64,000 bases of DNA from Octopus sinensis (Eukaryota): contig NC_043011.1 of NCBI RefSeq assembly GCF_006345805.1, forward strand, positions 24,564,464-24,628,463. Reading direction: 5' to 3'. Within the stretch, counting starts at the first letter, position 1; every line of letters begins with the position of its first letter. The notes beneath the pieces are model-generated. The model did not search any database and was not told the origin of the DNA. It saw only the letters and a program-made list of their open reading frames with translations. Shown in pieces: positions 38,990 through 52,429 of this stretch. The translations under genes and the position numbers were made by a program.

Positions 38990-39420
38990 GCCACCAAATT
39001 GAAAGAGGTTGTTTGTGGTGATTCACAACACTTCTATGATTGTTTGCATTTCATATTGTCACAGATAATCTATGTTTCTTCCCCTGTCACCACTGTCTTC
39101 AAAAACAAGTTTTCTTCACAATTCTGCAATGAATTGCAGATGGAAATCCTTTGGGTGAGGTTAACCTCATTCAATTGATGTGGGAAACAGACACTAAGCC
39201 AGCTGGTGTAATCAAGTTGATGCACATGATTTTCAACACTCTATTTAGATATTTGGGGAATATCTACAATCATTCTGATTGGTATAATAGGTGGGCTATC
39301 ACCATTAATTTCACTTGGTCAGTCAGAATGAGGTGCATCTTGAATGGAAAAATTTCTCCATCAACATTTTGAAAACCATCTTCTGGCACACATGTTTAAC
39401 ATCATCACTGTCTTCATACA
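38990..39420 (-). mobile_element. Decayed mariner fragment
   Basis: Remnants resembling the VTGDET region and a C-terminal EDSDDVKH segment. Confidence 0.5.
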
Positions 39421-39586
39421 CAGCACATATCTTTCTGCAGGTTTCTACTTTTTAAAAAAAAAAAAGCCTTGTGAGTAGATTTGATAAACATACTTACTGG
39501 TTCGATTCCTGCTCATTTACTTATTTAGTTTTTCTAAAATTTTCGTTGATTCTTGCAACCTTTTCAATAGTCATTGACTATATATA

Positions 39587-39634
<48 letters not shown>

Positions 39635-39929
39635 TATATATATATGTATATTTCTTAAAGAGGACAAGAAATACTAAGACAAGATGAACATATACATTAT
39701 TATTATTAGAAAAATTTCCCATCTCACCTATAAGCTTGGAGCTCTGGCACTTACCCAGCATACCTAGTCATTTAGATCGCCTGTAAACTAAACCCCCATA
39801 TTTTATATATATATATATATGTATGTATGAATGTATGTATGTATGTATGTATGTATGTATGTTAAGTGAGACAATGTTATGGTCTCACTTGGCTTGCTGA
39901 GTCTTCTCAAGCATATAGGTATATATATG

Positions 39930-40150
39930 AATGCTGACTGGCTCCTGTGCTGGTGACATGTAAAAAGTACCTTCTACACTCTTGGAGTGGTTGGCGTTAG
40001 GAAGGGCATCCAGCTGTAGAAACTCTGCCAGATCAGATTGGAGACTGGTACAGCCATCTGGTTCACCAGACCTCAGTTAAATCATCCAACCCATGCTAGC
40101 ATGGAAAGCAGATGTTAAACGATGATGATGATGATGATGATGATGATGAT
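39930..40150 (+). mobile_element. RTE LINE 3' end
   Basis: Conserved tail and (GAT)n. Confidence 0.85.
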
Positions 40151-41204
40151 ATATATATATACACACACACAGACACACATACATATATTCATGTGTCTGT
40201 GTGCTTGTGTATATCTGTATGTTTTTGTCTCTGTATGTAGAGACAACAGATACACAAAAACATCAGAGCTAAAGAGATGATCGCAATTTCATCAAATCAC
40301 ATTCCAAAAAACATTAATCAGAGAATTCAGCTAACTAAATTTGTCATTGGATTTATTTTTTTTATGTCAGGATATTTCAAGGATGATACTACAGAAAATA
40401 TGACAATTCCATCAAATTCCATCCAAAAGAGCTTTAGTCGCACAATTTCTGTTAATGGATTGTTTTATAATGAGAGGCTAATCATTTCTGAAGAATGAAC
40501 CAAATTCACTGAATGAGTCAGGTTATTGAATGAAATCTGCCATGAACATTTACATCCATGTGAGTTAACAAGGAAGCCTGTGAGTGGTCATTTGACCTGC
40601 TAAAAATAACAACTAAATCATATGCTACCCTACCATTTTAAATAAAGCAGGATATATTGAACAATGGCCATCTCCAATATTACAAATATTTCAAAGGGGA
40701 TATTTCCTAGAAGACAGTCTTTTGGTAATTCTGTTTATTTTGGCATTAAATTTGGGCTACAAATGTTAGAGATACCAATGTAAGCCATGATTTCTTTGTG
40801 GATGACCAGCAGTTCTATGCTTAAATTGTTTTGCAATGCCAAAAAAAAAAAACAGTTAGACTTAACAACAATATTCTTAATTGGTATAGGAATGGAATTT
40901 GGCCAAAAGAAGTGTTTGTATTTGATCATTGACGGTAGAAAATCAGTCCCCAAAATCCCATATTTGTGCTTCATGGGTTTCTCTCTCTCTCCCCCTTCTT
41001 TTCTCTTGCCGCTCTCTTCCTCTCCCCTTCTCTCCCCACTCTCTCTTCACCCTCTTTCTTTCCCCCCTCTTTCTCTCATGCTCACCCACTCCTGTTCCAC
41101 ACAAAGAAAGCAACAAATATCTTGGCATTGAACATTGATTAAAATATAATATTCAAAGGAGCTGTGAGTGAAGAGAGAGTGATCCAAGAATATTACACCA
41201 GACT

Positions 41205-41406
41205 AGGGCTGTGAGCTGGTGGAATCGTTAGCACACCAAGCAAAATGCTTAGTGGTATTTCATGTCTTTATGTTTTGAGTTCAAATTCCATCAGAGTCGA
41301 CTTTGCCTTTCATCCTTTCAGGATTCATAAAATAAATACCAATTAGAGTCGATGTAATTGACTCATCCACCCAGAACTTACTGGCCTTCTGCCAAAATTT
41401 GTGACC
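41205..41406 (+). mobile_element. SINE type D with 16-bp TSD
   Basis: aatattacaccagact at 41189-41204 and 41407-41422. B-box gagttcaaattcc. Confidence 0.9.
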
Positions 41407-41421
41407 AATATTACACCAGAC

Positions 41422-41645
41422 TTAATGCTTTAGCATTCAGATTTCTCTCTCAAATGTAATGCTTATTTATTCACATTGATATAAATTAGTCATGCATTAC
41501 CTTGTAGCCTTGAGATTTCAATGATGCGGTTGTTTATTTTCAGAATAATATTGTAGGGTAAATGTGAGAGGCTAGATCTGGCCAGTTTAAACACAAAACA
41601 GATTATTTTGGCCGGAAATGGCTGGTTTAAATGTTAAAGGGTTAA
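41422..41645. mobile_element. piggyBac-like non-autonomous element
   Basis: ttaa-tgctttagcattcag left end; ttaaatgttaaaggg-ttaa right end. Confidence 0.55.
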
Positions 41646-43201
41646 AAATATTTGACAGTTCGCTTTCTTCTCTTACAACAAGACAATATCCCACAATACA
41701 TTTGCAATACCAGTACTGATACCAAAATTTGGGCTATTTGACTGGTCTGTAGAGGAATTTCATTTCTTATATATTAAAACCTGTGACATCCTGGCATCAA
41801 GCTGGAAATTTCCACAAAAACAGAGTTACCAATATGCTCTACCTAAGAAGAGATGAAGAAGTTAGATGCTTGAGATCAATGCAGACAGCTTTTGAACATT
41901 GTATGGAATCTCTCAGACAGCACCTGAAGCTTTGTATCTTTAGTCAGAAACCAGCTTTTCCTTACAAGAAAATTTCCAATAAACTAAAAGATAACATATG
42001 CACATATATATTTCTTCATTCATTTTTATGTCTGATTTTCCATGCTACGGTGGGTTAGGTGAGTACATTTTTGAGGTATTGTTTCATAATTGGATACATT
42101 TCCTCTCAATAACCCTTCCCTTCATCCAGGTAAGGGATCTTGTTTTTCCAGTAACATATTCTACATGTCTTTGAAGTTAGAAGGTTGACAAATAATTTGT
42201 TGACAGGGAAAGTAACATCACAGTTTGTAGCTCAGCAATTTTCAGGAATGCACAAATGAAAACAAGCACACAGGAAAGTGCATGTGCGCACGCATCCACA
42301 CACACACACACACACATTCATATATACACACATATATTAAGTTTATGTGCTAATCATGTATGCGTTTGTGTGTGACTCCATTGATCTATTTGTCTGTCTG
42401 TTTGTCTGTTTGTCTGTGCGTTTGTCTCTATATATGTATGTATGTCATAATTCACTTTTATTTCAAGACTTCTTGCCAATAGAGAAAGAGCCAGTTTTTA
42501 ACCGAGATTCAAAGCTCCTTCATTGGAATTTCAACATCAACAACAGGATATTTTTGTATGCATGTATGTATGTGTGTAGATTTGTATGTTTTGTTTTATG
42601 CATGTATTCTCATACATATACTTGCATATCTAGACATGCTCATACATATTTAAATGATAAACTTCTGGAAAGTTTTACAGATTATTACAGTTCCAGTGAT
42701 GGGTTGGATCTAAAATCTTCAAATCAGCTTTCTTCTTTCTGGTTTTGAGAAGCCTAATTTCTCAAGATTGATACTTAGGCAGTGTGTTACATATCTCAGT
42801 GCCCCAATAATTATAGGTATAAACCTGAATTTGTAATCTAAATAGAGTAACTGTAGATTTCTTAATAGTTTAGTATAGGTATGTGTATGTAGGTATATCT
42901 TTTTCTGTTTTTAATTATTTAGATTCTTCCAATGTGGAAGGAGCTAGTTTCTAGTAAAGACATATAGCTCCTTTGTGGGAATGTAGATAGCAAAAACAAT
43001 GTCACATTCTAAATTTGAGAAAAGTCTTACATATTTTCATTGTTCTACTTACAGATTGCATTTGTAATGTATAAGTTTGTTGGTTGATTTCTTTTTCTGA
43101 AAACTTCAGCTTAATCAGATTGTCACATAAGCATTTACTCACAACCCAAGTTGCACAATATATGTACACACACACACACACACCACACATATATATATTA
43201 T

Positions 43202-43264
<63 letters not shown>

Positions 43265-43321
43265 ATATATTATACATATATATTATATATACAATATATA
43301 TATTATATATATTATATATCT

Positions 43322-43359
<38 letters not shown>

Positions 43360-43365
<6 letters not shown>

Positions 43366-44250
43366 CCAACCCCGCCTCGAATGGCTTCTGTGCTGGTGGC
43401 ACATGAACATCGAACCAAATATCAATGGAAACAGTAGTTGTGATACCTGTGCCGGTGACACATAAAAAGCACCATCCGAACGTGGCCATTGCCAGTGCAG
43501 CCTCCACTGGCTTCTGTGCCGGTGGCACATAAAAAGCACCATCCGAACGTGACCGATGCCAACCCCGCCTCGAATGGCTTCTGTGCCGGTGGCACATAAA
43601 AAGCAACATCCGAACGTGGCCGATGCCAGCACCGCCCCGACTGGCTTCTGTGCCGGTGGCACATAAAAAGCACCATCCGAACGTGACCGATGCCAGCACC
43701 GCCTCGACTGGCTTCTGTGCCGGTGGCACATAAAAAGCACCAACCGATCATGGGATCCCGGAACATCTCGCTGTGCTTGAGGAGACCTGTTGAGTCAAGT
43801 GCATGTACATGAACATCGAACAAATATCAATGGAACCGTAGTAGTTGTGATCCTGTGGCCGGTGACATAAAAAGCACCATCCGAACGTGACCGATGCCAA
43901 CCCCGCCTCGAATGGCTTCTGTGCCGGTGGCACATAAAAAGCAACATCCGAACATGGCTGATGCCAGCACCGCCCCGACTGGCTTCTGTGCCGGTAGCAC
44001 AAAAAAAAAAAAAAAACACCAACTGATCGTGGCCGATGCCAGACCCCTCTGGCACCTGTGCAGGTGGCACGTAAAAAGCACCCACTACACTCACGGAGTG
44101 GTTGGCGTTAGGAAGGGCATCCAGCTGCAGAAACACTGCCAGATCAGACTGGAGCCTGGGGCAGCCCTGGCTCCCCAGACCCTGGTCGAACCGTCCAACC
44201 CGTGCTAGCGCGGAAAACGGACGTTAAACGATGATGATGATGATGATGAT
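43360..44250 (+). mobile_element. RTE LINE 3' UTR with expanded, duplicated 67-bp minisatellite
   Basis: cgaac anchor at 43477, 43544, 43611 and 43678 (67-bp period). Block restarts at ~43810. Ends in the conserved tail and (GAT)n. Confidence 0.9.
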
Positions 44251-44376
44251 ATATATTGTTGTATTTAGGAATGTTCATTTTGCCAGTTTAGCCAATAAAA
44301 ACACATCCACTATATATTTGGTGTTACTTTGCTTCAGCGTTATTTATTTTTTACATTAATCTTAATCTTATTTCAG

Positions 44377-44416
44377 CCAGAGTTCTTTCGTCACACTCCT
44401 GTGACTGCATCAGTGG
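44377..44416 (-). ncRNA. Minimal hammerhead motif (A9 altered)
   Basis: CCA-CTGATGC-A-GTCAC(aggagt)GTGAC-GAAA-GAAC-TC-TGG. Confidence 0.55.
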
Positions 44417-44682
44417 TCCTTTGCTTTCTTCTTTCTTATTTGTGTGTCTCTCCTTACTAACTGTCAGCCATTTTGTATTTCTAAAAGCTACTAAGCACTT
44501 TGTTTGGCATGCTAATAATTTTGCCAGCTCACCTATATATATATGTATAATATATATATATACATATATATATATATAACAATGTTAGTTTCATGCTTTT
44601 ATGATACTTAACTAGGCATATGTTATAAAATGCAGCATGCATCTTCAAGCAATCTTTCAGGCTTTGTTAATGCATTATATAA

Positions 44683-44714
<32 letters not shown>

Positions 44715-44818
44715 CATGTGTATATATATATATATATATATCAAAATGTGACCGCGTGTGTACCGTTGGCGACTTTTTTTCCTCCGTATTCCCTTCTCTG
44801 GATCTTTCCTTTTCCTAT

Positions 44819-44853
44819 GTTTCTGACGAAGAGCTCCACTCGAATCATAAAAC
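44819..44853 (+). ncRNA. Degenerate minimal hammerhead motif
   Basis: GTTT-CTGACGA-A-GAG(ctcca)CTC-GAAT-CA-TA-AAAC. Confidence 0.5.
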
Positions 44854-44950
44854 TTTCCTTCTTCCCTTCCTTCCTGAGCGTCCAATAATACTATATTTGT
44901 TCCATGTCCTCGCGTTGTTGTGTTTTCTCCTTGTGTTTTCATGTTTGGAT

Positions 44951-44987
<37 letters not shown>

Positions 44988-45229
44988 CAAAAACAAAGAT
45001 GCTGGACAGTGAGAAAAAAAAAACTCTGAAAAGTATATGAAGACGGTTGATGCAAAATATGGAATGAGAAGAAAGAAATGAAAGCAAGAAAACTAAGATC
45101 CTCATCCTCCCTGATTGCAGAAACTTCAATTGATACTGCTTGTATAGAACAAAACAACAGAAAATATGTCCAGAGTGGATTGAGCTGTTATACTTCAATT
45201 CAATAAAATAAACCTGTCCTTGTGTTTAT

Positions 45230-45765
45230 ACCTACTAAAAGTTTCAGATCTGGAATTAAGCAGTGAGTTGGAATTGTTGGATTAAAGAAGAATATAAGAC
45301 CTTTCTGCTACACATAGGTTGCATTTCTTAGAACCATTAACACATGGCTTCGATTTCTCCCCAATTCTCCACTTAATTTTATGTGGTGTGGAACTGGTCT
45401 TCAAATTCATACGTGGCTAGCCAACTTAGTTGCATTACTTTTGTTGATGTGGCAGAAAGAAGATAGGTAGATTGCATAATGTTTTTGAATTTGCCTTCAC
45501 ATAACCCAGAGTAATTCTATTTTGCAACTGATTTATCTTGAAGTGTTGCTGTTACTTCTGCTTTGTATATGATGGAGTTCATCACATATGCCTGGTCAAG
45601 AGGGCAAGTGTCAGGGTCTTGACAGTTACACCTGGGGGTGAGCTTTTGGTGATTTTTACAAGTTATCATGTTCTTCATATTAGTGCAGCAGCTGAATGAT
45701 ATTTTAATTAAGCATCTGTTAAAAATTTTGCTGTAGTTATGATTTATTGGGAAATGTTTATCCAA
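45230..45765 (-). mobile_element. Penelope-like element, GIY-YIG endonuclease region
   Basis: HFPINHNYSKIFNR..CNCQDPDTCPLD..IIYKAEV, then YSGLCEGKFK and a frameshifted KKCNLCVAE-like motif. Confidence 0.8.
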
Positions 45766-45767
45766 AA

Positions 45768-46086
45768 TTTATTTATTTATTTATTTGCCCTTTTCAAGCC
45801 TAGCCAGACTCATGGGCCCGGTTTCCCGGTTTCTATGGCATATGTGTTCCTCCCAGCTGGACAGGACGCCAGTCCATCACAGCGTTACTCAAGAAACAGA
45901 AAGAAAGAGGGAGAGAAAGTTGAGGTGAAAAAGTACAACAGGGGTCGCCACCACCCCCTGCCAGAGCCACGTGGAGCTTTTAGGTGTTTACATTCAATAA
46001 ACAAATACAACACCCGGTCTAGGAATCGAAACTATGATCCTCTGACCACGAGTCCGCTGCCCTAACCACTGGGCCATTGCACCTCC
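45768..46086 (-). mobile_element. tRNA-derived SINE, type B + tail X
   Basis: TSD atgtttatcc(a/g)aaa at 45754-45767 and 46087-46100. Confidence 0.9.
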
Positions 46087-46427
46087 ATGTTTATCCGAAA
46101 AAGACAGGAATCTTAACATTTAGGGAGAAAGGAGGGGCAAACCAAATTTTCCTATGGGCATGTGTTTGTGTGCTCATCACGTGAATGCATTGTCATTCAT
46201 TTCCAGTCTTCCATGAAAAATACGTCCCACCACAGGAGAAATATTATCTTGCATGGAAACAGTTGAGAGTTGATGACAGGAAAGATATACAGTCATAGAA
46301 AATATGCCTCAAGAAATTAACATCTGACCTATGCAAACATGAAAAAGTGGTCATTAATCAATGACATTGATAATCATATATGCATATGTACACACACACA
46401 CACACACACCCACACCACACACACACA

Positions 46428-46504
<77 letters not shown>

Positions 46505-46989
46505 TATATACATATATATATACTTAGACATATTCATTTTCTCTCAGTCATTGAGATGCACTTTACTAATCTGTTTTGAAAGCTTTGAAGACTTAAAAAC
46601 CAAACATTTTTATCATTTGTTTTACTTTTTATATTTTTTATTGAATTTTTATATTTTAATAGTTTAGTTATAATTATTAATTCTATTTTAATTTTGATAT
46701 AAAATGTAATACATCAGTGTAGCCCCATATGTTCAAATTTGCACATCATTGTTTTTATATATACATTGCAACATATCTGCATGATATGCACATATGAAAT
46801 TGTACATGTGTTCTATAAACTTAATAGGAGCACATACAGATATATATATATATATATATACATACATATACTTGAGAATATGTATAAAATATTTGTGTGT
46901 GTGTCTGTATGTATGCACATTTGTGTGAATACACTTTGTAATGGCCTGAATCTATTTTCTTCTTGCTTTTCTTTCATATTTGTGTAGGT

Positions 46990-47650
46990 ATGTGACTTGC
47001 ATTGTGTGTGTGTGTGTGTGTGTGTGTGTTGTGTGTGTGTCTGTGTGTGTGTGTCTGTATGTGTGTGTGTGTGTGTCTGTGTCTGTGTGTGTGTGTGTGT
47101 GTCTGTGTGTGTCTGTGTCTGTGTGTGTGTGTGTGTCTGTGTGTGTGTGTGTGTGTCTGTGTCTGTCTGTGTGTTTGTGTCTGAGTCTCTCTGTGTGAAT
47201 GTATGTGTGTATCTCTCTATGTGTGTTTATTTGTTTATATAAGTGTATGTGTTTATTTGTCTACCATATGAGTGTGTGTATGTGTGTGTGTGTGTGTCTA
47301 CAGTGAATTCATACTTGAATGTGTGCTTGCAATTATGTTTGCATGCTTCTCTAAACTGTATCTTTATTATCTAATGTGCCTCATATTTAACTTGTAAGCT
47401 TTGTGTTGCCTGTAGATATGTGTGCATATTTGTGTATGTATATATGAATCAAGGTGTATATCTATGTGTGTACATGTTTGCATATATGTGCGTATGAGTG
47501 AAAGTGTGCAGCTATATGTATACATGTGTATATATGTACATAGTGATAAGAATTATACACATGTGTGTGTGTGTGTGTGTGGTGTGTCTAAATATATATA
47601 TATATTATATACATACATAGATATGTAGTACATACATGGATATATATATT

Positions 47651-47692
<42 letters not shown>

Positions 47693-47867
47693 TATATATA
47701 TATATATATTATATATATATAGTGGTAAAACTATATACATGTGTGTGTGTAAATATATGTGTGTATCTATATATATATATATACATATATTATATATTGT
47801 ATAATATATATATACATACATACATATACCATATATATATAATATATATATATATATTATAATATAT

Positions 47868-47922
<55 letters not shown>

Positions 47923-48549
47923 TACATAGATAGATATATAATATATATAGGTATATGTACATATATATACATATATACATATATATATATATGTACCTAT
48001 ATGTGTATGTGTGTGTGTATACGTATCTATGTATGTATATACTTGGGAACATTAAATAATCATGTTGCAGGTGTGTGTGTGTGCGTGTGTGACTCTGTGT
48101 GTGTGCATGTGTGTGTGTGTTTGTGTGTTTTTGTATTTGTGTGTGTGTCTGTGTGTTTATGTAGAAAAATATCTAAATGTAACTGTTCTATAGATATAAT
48201 ACAATGTATATTTATATGATAATGGTCTTATGTAAAAGTATATTTAATTGCTTCCTTATGTAAGCTTGAATGCACTGTGGTGTATGCATGTGTGCCTGTG
48301 TATTCATGAACGTGTGTGAGTGTGTGTGTCTATGCTTCATTGAGTTTCACTTCCTCTCAAGCCTGTCCGCTATTTAATGGGCAGTTTATTTGAAATTCTC
48401 AATTCTTCTCTGACCCTCTAATAATTTTTTTAATTGAACATTCCCAAAACAATTGTAATTCGCATTATATAAAAAACAAACTCTCAAATTACTGTTGCCA
48501 ACAAAATACAGAACAAAAGTTTTAATAAAAGATTTAGAAACGTACAAAT

Positions 48550-48627
<78 letters not shown>

Positions 48628-48807
48628 ATGTATGTGTGCATGTGTGCATGTGTGTGTGTGTGTATTTTTTTCTGAATTTGTATACATACACACACACACA
48701 TATATACATACAGAAATATGTACATACATATATATACATACACACACACACACACACACGTATATATATACACATACACACATATACACACACACCTACA
48801 CTCACAT

Positions 48808-48844
<37 letters not shown>

Positions 48845-48850
48845 ATATAA
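46990..48850. repeat. Cluster of (TG)n, (TA)n, (GATA)n and (CA)n microsatellites
   Basis: Direct reading. Confidence 0.9.
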
Positions 48851-49075
48851 TATATAAATTAGAGAAATCCACTATTATGCAATTCAAACAATGATAGACA
48901 TAAACCAAATCATAAATAAAAATAAAATATATTTTTTAAAACAACTTCAGAAAAAATTATATAAAACATATAAATATAATTATTCTCTAATTTATATATT
49001 ACATATTTATATTGTGAAATTTAATTTAATACTAAATTGAATTTTTCCCTGTAAGTTTGGAGTTATACTCCCTAA

Positions 49076-49132
<57 letters not shown>

Positions 49133-49151
49133 CATCATCATCATTATTATG

Positions 49152-49197
<46 letters not shown>

Positions 49198-49232
49198 TGC
49201 ACACACCACACATACATACATACATACATATG

Positions 49233-50141
49233 TACCGAGGTGGTTTTGAAAGGTTTCCAGACTTGTTATGTTTAATAAAAAAATAACTTATTTACCTAAG
49301 TTTTAATATCATCTCATTTGAAATAGTCACCTTGTGCAGCAATATGATGGGCCCCAGCATTACTGCTACTTCTGAAATCAAGTCTGGAAATCATTTTCCT
49401 TGAGAGAGTTGAGGACCTTCTGTGATTCACTCTTGATCTCAACAACGGTGTTGAAACGGCAGCCTTTGAGCTGAATTTTCATCTCAGGGAAGAGATGGTC
49501 ATCTAACGAATGGGGCAGGTGCGGAAGTGATACCATGTTGTTCCTAGCAAGAGACACACAAGTGAGGAGAGATTGGTGATAGGGTACACTGTCATCATGA
49601 AGAATCCAATTCTTCACCCTTCACAGATCCAGTCACTTTAGCTGAATGTCCTCCCTCAAACATTTCAAAATGTCATTCATTGTTTTCCAATGATCAACGT
49701 GCACAAGCTGATGAATTTTCTCCACACTTCCAGGGGTGACACTCATGGCAGGTCTTCCAGATTGCTCATCGTCTTCCACGGACATTCTTCTGCTTTCAAA
49801 GCACCCATGCCACTCAAAACATTGCATACAACCCATTGCCTCATTGCTGTAAGCTTGCTGAAGCATGCTCAATGTCTCTGTAGCAGACTTCCCAAGTTTA
49901 ACACAAAATTTCACAATAACTCTTTGTTCCAACTTCCTGTCCATGACAAAAATCGTAGACTACATCATACACATGATCAGAAAAAACACAAATTTCACAA
50001 CTTGTGAAGTAAACACAGTGATGTCACTCAGCACACTGCCCCATGAAGGTCACTGCTACCTCTCACTTCACACACAATCATGTTCTGCCATCAGTTGGCA
50101 CTCTACAGAACTAGCCCAGGAACTTTTTATACCATCTTGTA
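49233..50141 (-). mobile_element. Internally deleted mariner
   Basis: MDRKLEQRVIVKFCVKLGKSATETLSMLQQAY..EDDEQSGRP joined to WILHDDSVPYH..FPEMKIQLKGCRF. Imperfect TIRs in TA context. Confidence 0.9.
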
Positions 50142-50269
50142 TATATATATATATATATATATACAATTTAAAAATAGGATAAAATCTTTAGAAGAATTTA
50201 TCAAGTAGTTAGCGTGAAAAACCTCATAAGAGAAAAATCCACCAATTTTTCTCTTAAATATATTTACTT

Positions 50270-50408
50270 ATATATATAGAGGGCATTACTACAAATAAAT
50301 GCCACATGCTAGGAGGGACTCTTAAAGTCAAAACTACCAAAATAAATAGCTTGTAGTTTTGACTTTAAGAGTCCCTCCTAGCATGTGGCGTTTATGTATA
50401 GTAATTCC

Positions 50409-50420
<12 letters not shown>
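50270..50420. repeat. Fold-back element with perfect 37-bp core arms
   Basis: 50301-50337 is the exact reverse complement of 50353-50389; 15-nt loop; embedded in (TA)n. Confidence 0.92.
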
Positions 50421-50442
<22 letters not shown>

Positions 50443-50495
50443 GTTTAAATATTTGTTGTGCAAGATTTTTTATGTGAAGTCGTGTGTTGAAACAG

Positions 50496-50641
50496 ATATC
50501 GTTATATTTCGGAATGGTCATATTGCCGAAATAAATTAAGATTAATGTAAAAAAAAATATCACTGAAGCAAAATAACACCAAATATATAGTGCGTGTGTT
50601 TTTATTGGCTAAACTGGCAATATGACCATTCCGAAATATAA

Positions 50642-50647
<6 letters not shown>
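50496..50647. mobile_element. MITE with perfect 32-bp TIRs
   Basis: 50496-50527 / 50616-50647. Relatives at ~44250-44430, 51257-51551 and 52755-52870. Confidence 0.85.
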
Positions 50648-50700
<53 letters not shown>

Positions 50701-50828
50701 CAATTGGGCTCACCAGATTTTCTCAGCATCAAGTCATATAACCCAGTTGTTGACCAATTTAGTTGCAGATATTGTTCGGTTTTAACTTTCCAATTGTGTG
50801 TTTACAACAAAAATTGTTTCCAATGCAG

Positions 50829-51035
50829 GAAAATTCATTTTTACCTGTGGAGTCTACCCATGGTTATAAAAACATGAGTTTCTCCCACTCTAGATTTTTG
50901 GGACAGCCACCAATGAACAGATACCAGCCAGTCTCACAGCTTTCTTCAACCAGTCATTGCCTGTCTTCATCATTGCAGCAACAGACAGCAGACCACAACT
51001 ACATCATCAGACCCAGTAGAACTGAAGTCATTTGA
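50829..51035 (+). CDS. Candidate terminal coding exon (S/Q/P-rich, DHNY motif)
   Basis: Acceptor ttgtttccaatgcAG, 68 open codons to TGA, AATAAA at 51100-51105. No repeat recognised. Confidence 0.35.
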   Translation, partial: ENSFLPVESTHGYKNMSFSHSRFLGQPPMNRYQPVSQLSSTSHCLSSSLQQQTADHNYIIRPSRTEVI

Positions 51036-51256
51036 ATGTTTGTTCCAAATTGCAGTATTAACATCATTCCCTTTGGCAATCCATTATTATAATGAGAGGA
51101 ATAAATTGTCACTTTTTCAACTTATCATTCTTCTTTCCATACCATGTCATTATAAATGGTGATCTATGAACTCTTTATGTTATATATATATATATATATA
51201 TACATTTATATATTTGTTTTGCAAAATTCCTTATGTGAAATCATGTGTTGAATAAG

Positions 51257-51551
51257 ATATTGTTACATTTTGGGATGGTCTTTTTTTTCTCTTGCCAAAT
51301 AAGCACATCCATCACTTGTTTATTGTTGTTCTTATTTTATGTCCATTGTCTGGAAATCTTTCGTCACACACCAGTGACCTCTTCAGTGAATCTCCATCCC
51401 ATGTGTCTCCACCCATTCTGTCTAGAATGGACTAAGCAAAACAAGAGGAGATACATAAGATGGAGAGTTGCAAGTGTGTAACAAATAGAATATATAGTGC
51501 ATGTGTTTATTTGGCAAAAAGTAAAGTGACCATCCTGAAATATAACAATAT
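51257..51551. mobile_element. TIR element with internal hammerhead core
   Basis: Imperfect TIRs. Minus strand 51359-51386 reads CTGAAGA-G-GTCAC(tggtgt)GTGAC-GAAA. Confidence 0.65.
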
Positions 51552-52180
51552 ATGTATTATGTATGTATCTATATGTGTGTGTATGTGTGTATGTATGTAT
51601 GTATGTATGTATCTATGTGTGTGTGTGTATGTATGTATGTATGTATGGTATGTATGTATGTATGTATGTATGTATGTATGTATGTATGTATTTATCTATG
51701 TGTGTGTGTGTATGTGTGAATGTATGTAGATATGTAGGTAGGTAGGTAGGTAGGTATGTATGTAGGTAGGTAGGTAGGTAGGTAGGAAGGGAGGTAGGGA
51801 GGGAGGGAGGGAAGGAGGGAGGTGTTAATATTAAACAGTGAGAATGAGTGCTCAACACTTCATTGGTGGATAAATATTCTCTACTTTGTGGTTAACAAGA
51901 CTTGTTAACCTACAAAAAAAATAAATAAAAGTGTATATCTCTCTATTTATTTATCTATCTATCTATCTAGCTCTTTCACTATATACATATGTAATATATA
52001 TATATATATATATATATACAGCATAAGATTCAAGTAATTTAAATGATTTACTATATGGTACCTATAGATGCACCAAAAAAAAAACTATACTGTTTAACAT
52101 ACAGTAATGTGGGGTGATTATAATAGAAAGAAGCAACAAGAATGGATATAGTACTATATCCATCTTGTTGCTTCTTCTCG

Positions 52181-52223
<43 letters not shown>

Positions 52224-52429
52224 CAACAATATTAAGGAATGGCCCTGATAGGCAATTCAACCCACTAGAAAGAGCAGCCAAACTGAAACCGCTAAATAGT
52301 TGTAATTCTGAAACCAAAGGAGAAATAAAAACATTTACCCTTATCATCTTTGGACTATATATATATATATATTGTGTGTGGATCATATATCCGACAAAGA
52401 ACCACACTCTAAACATTAGAGCAGTAATG

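Noticed and set aside
40370-40498. Exon candidate after ttttatgtcAG (YFKDDTTENMTIPSNSIQKSF..)
   Set aside because: Good acceptor, but only 41 open codons, no clear donor and no recognisable protein; kept out of features.
43360-44060. CRISPR-like regular array (also 38270-38600, 56715-56945)
   Set aside because: Whole units repeat with no unique spacers, no cas genes are present, and the array is part of an RTE 3' UTR in animal DNA.
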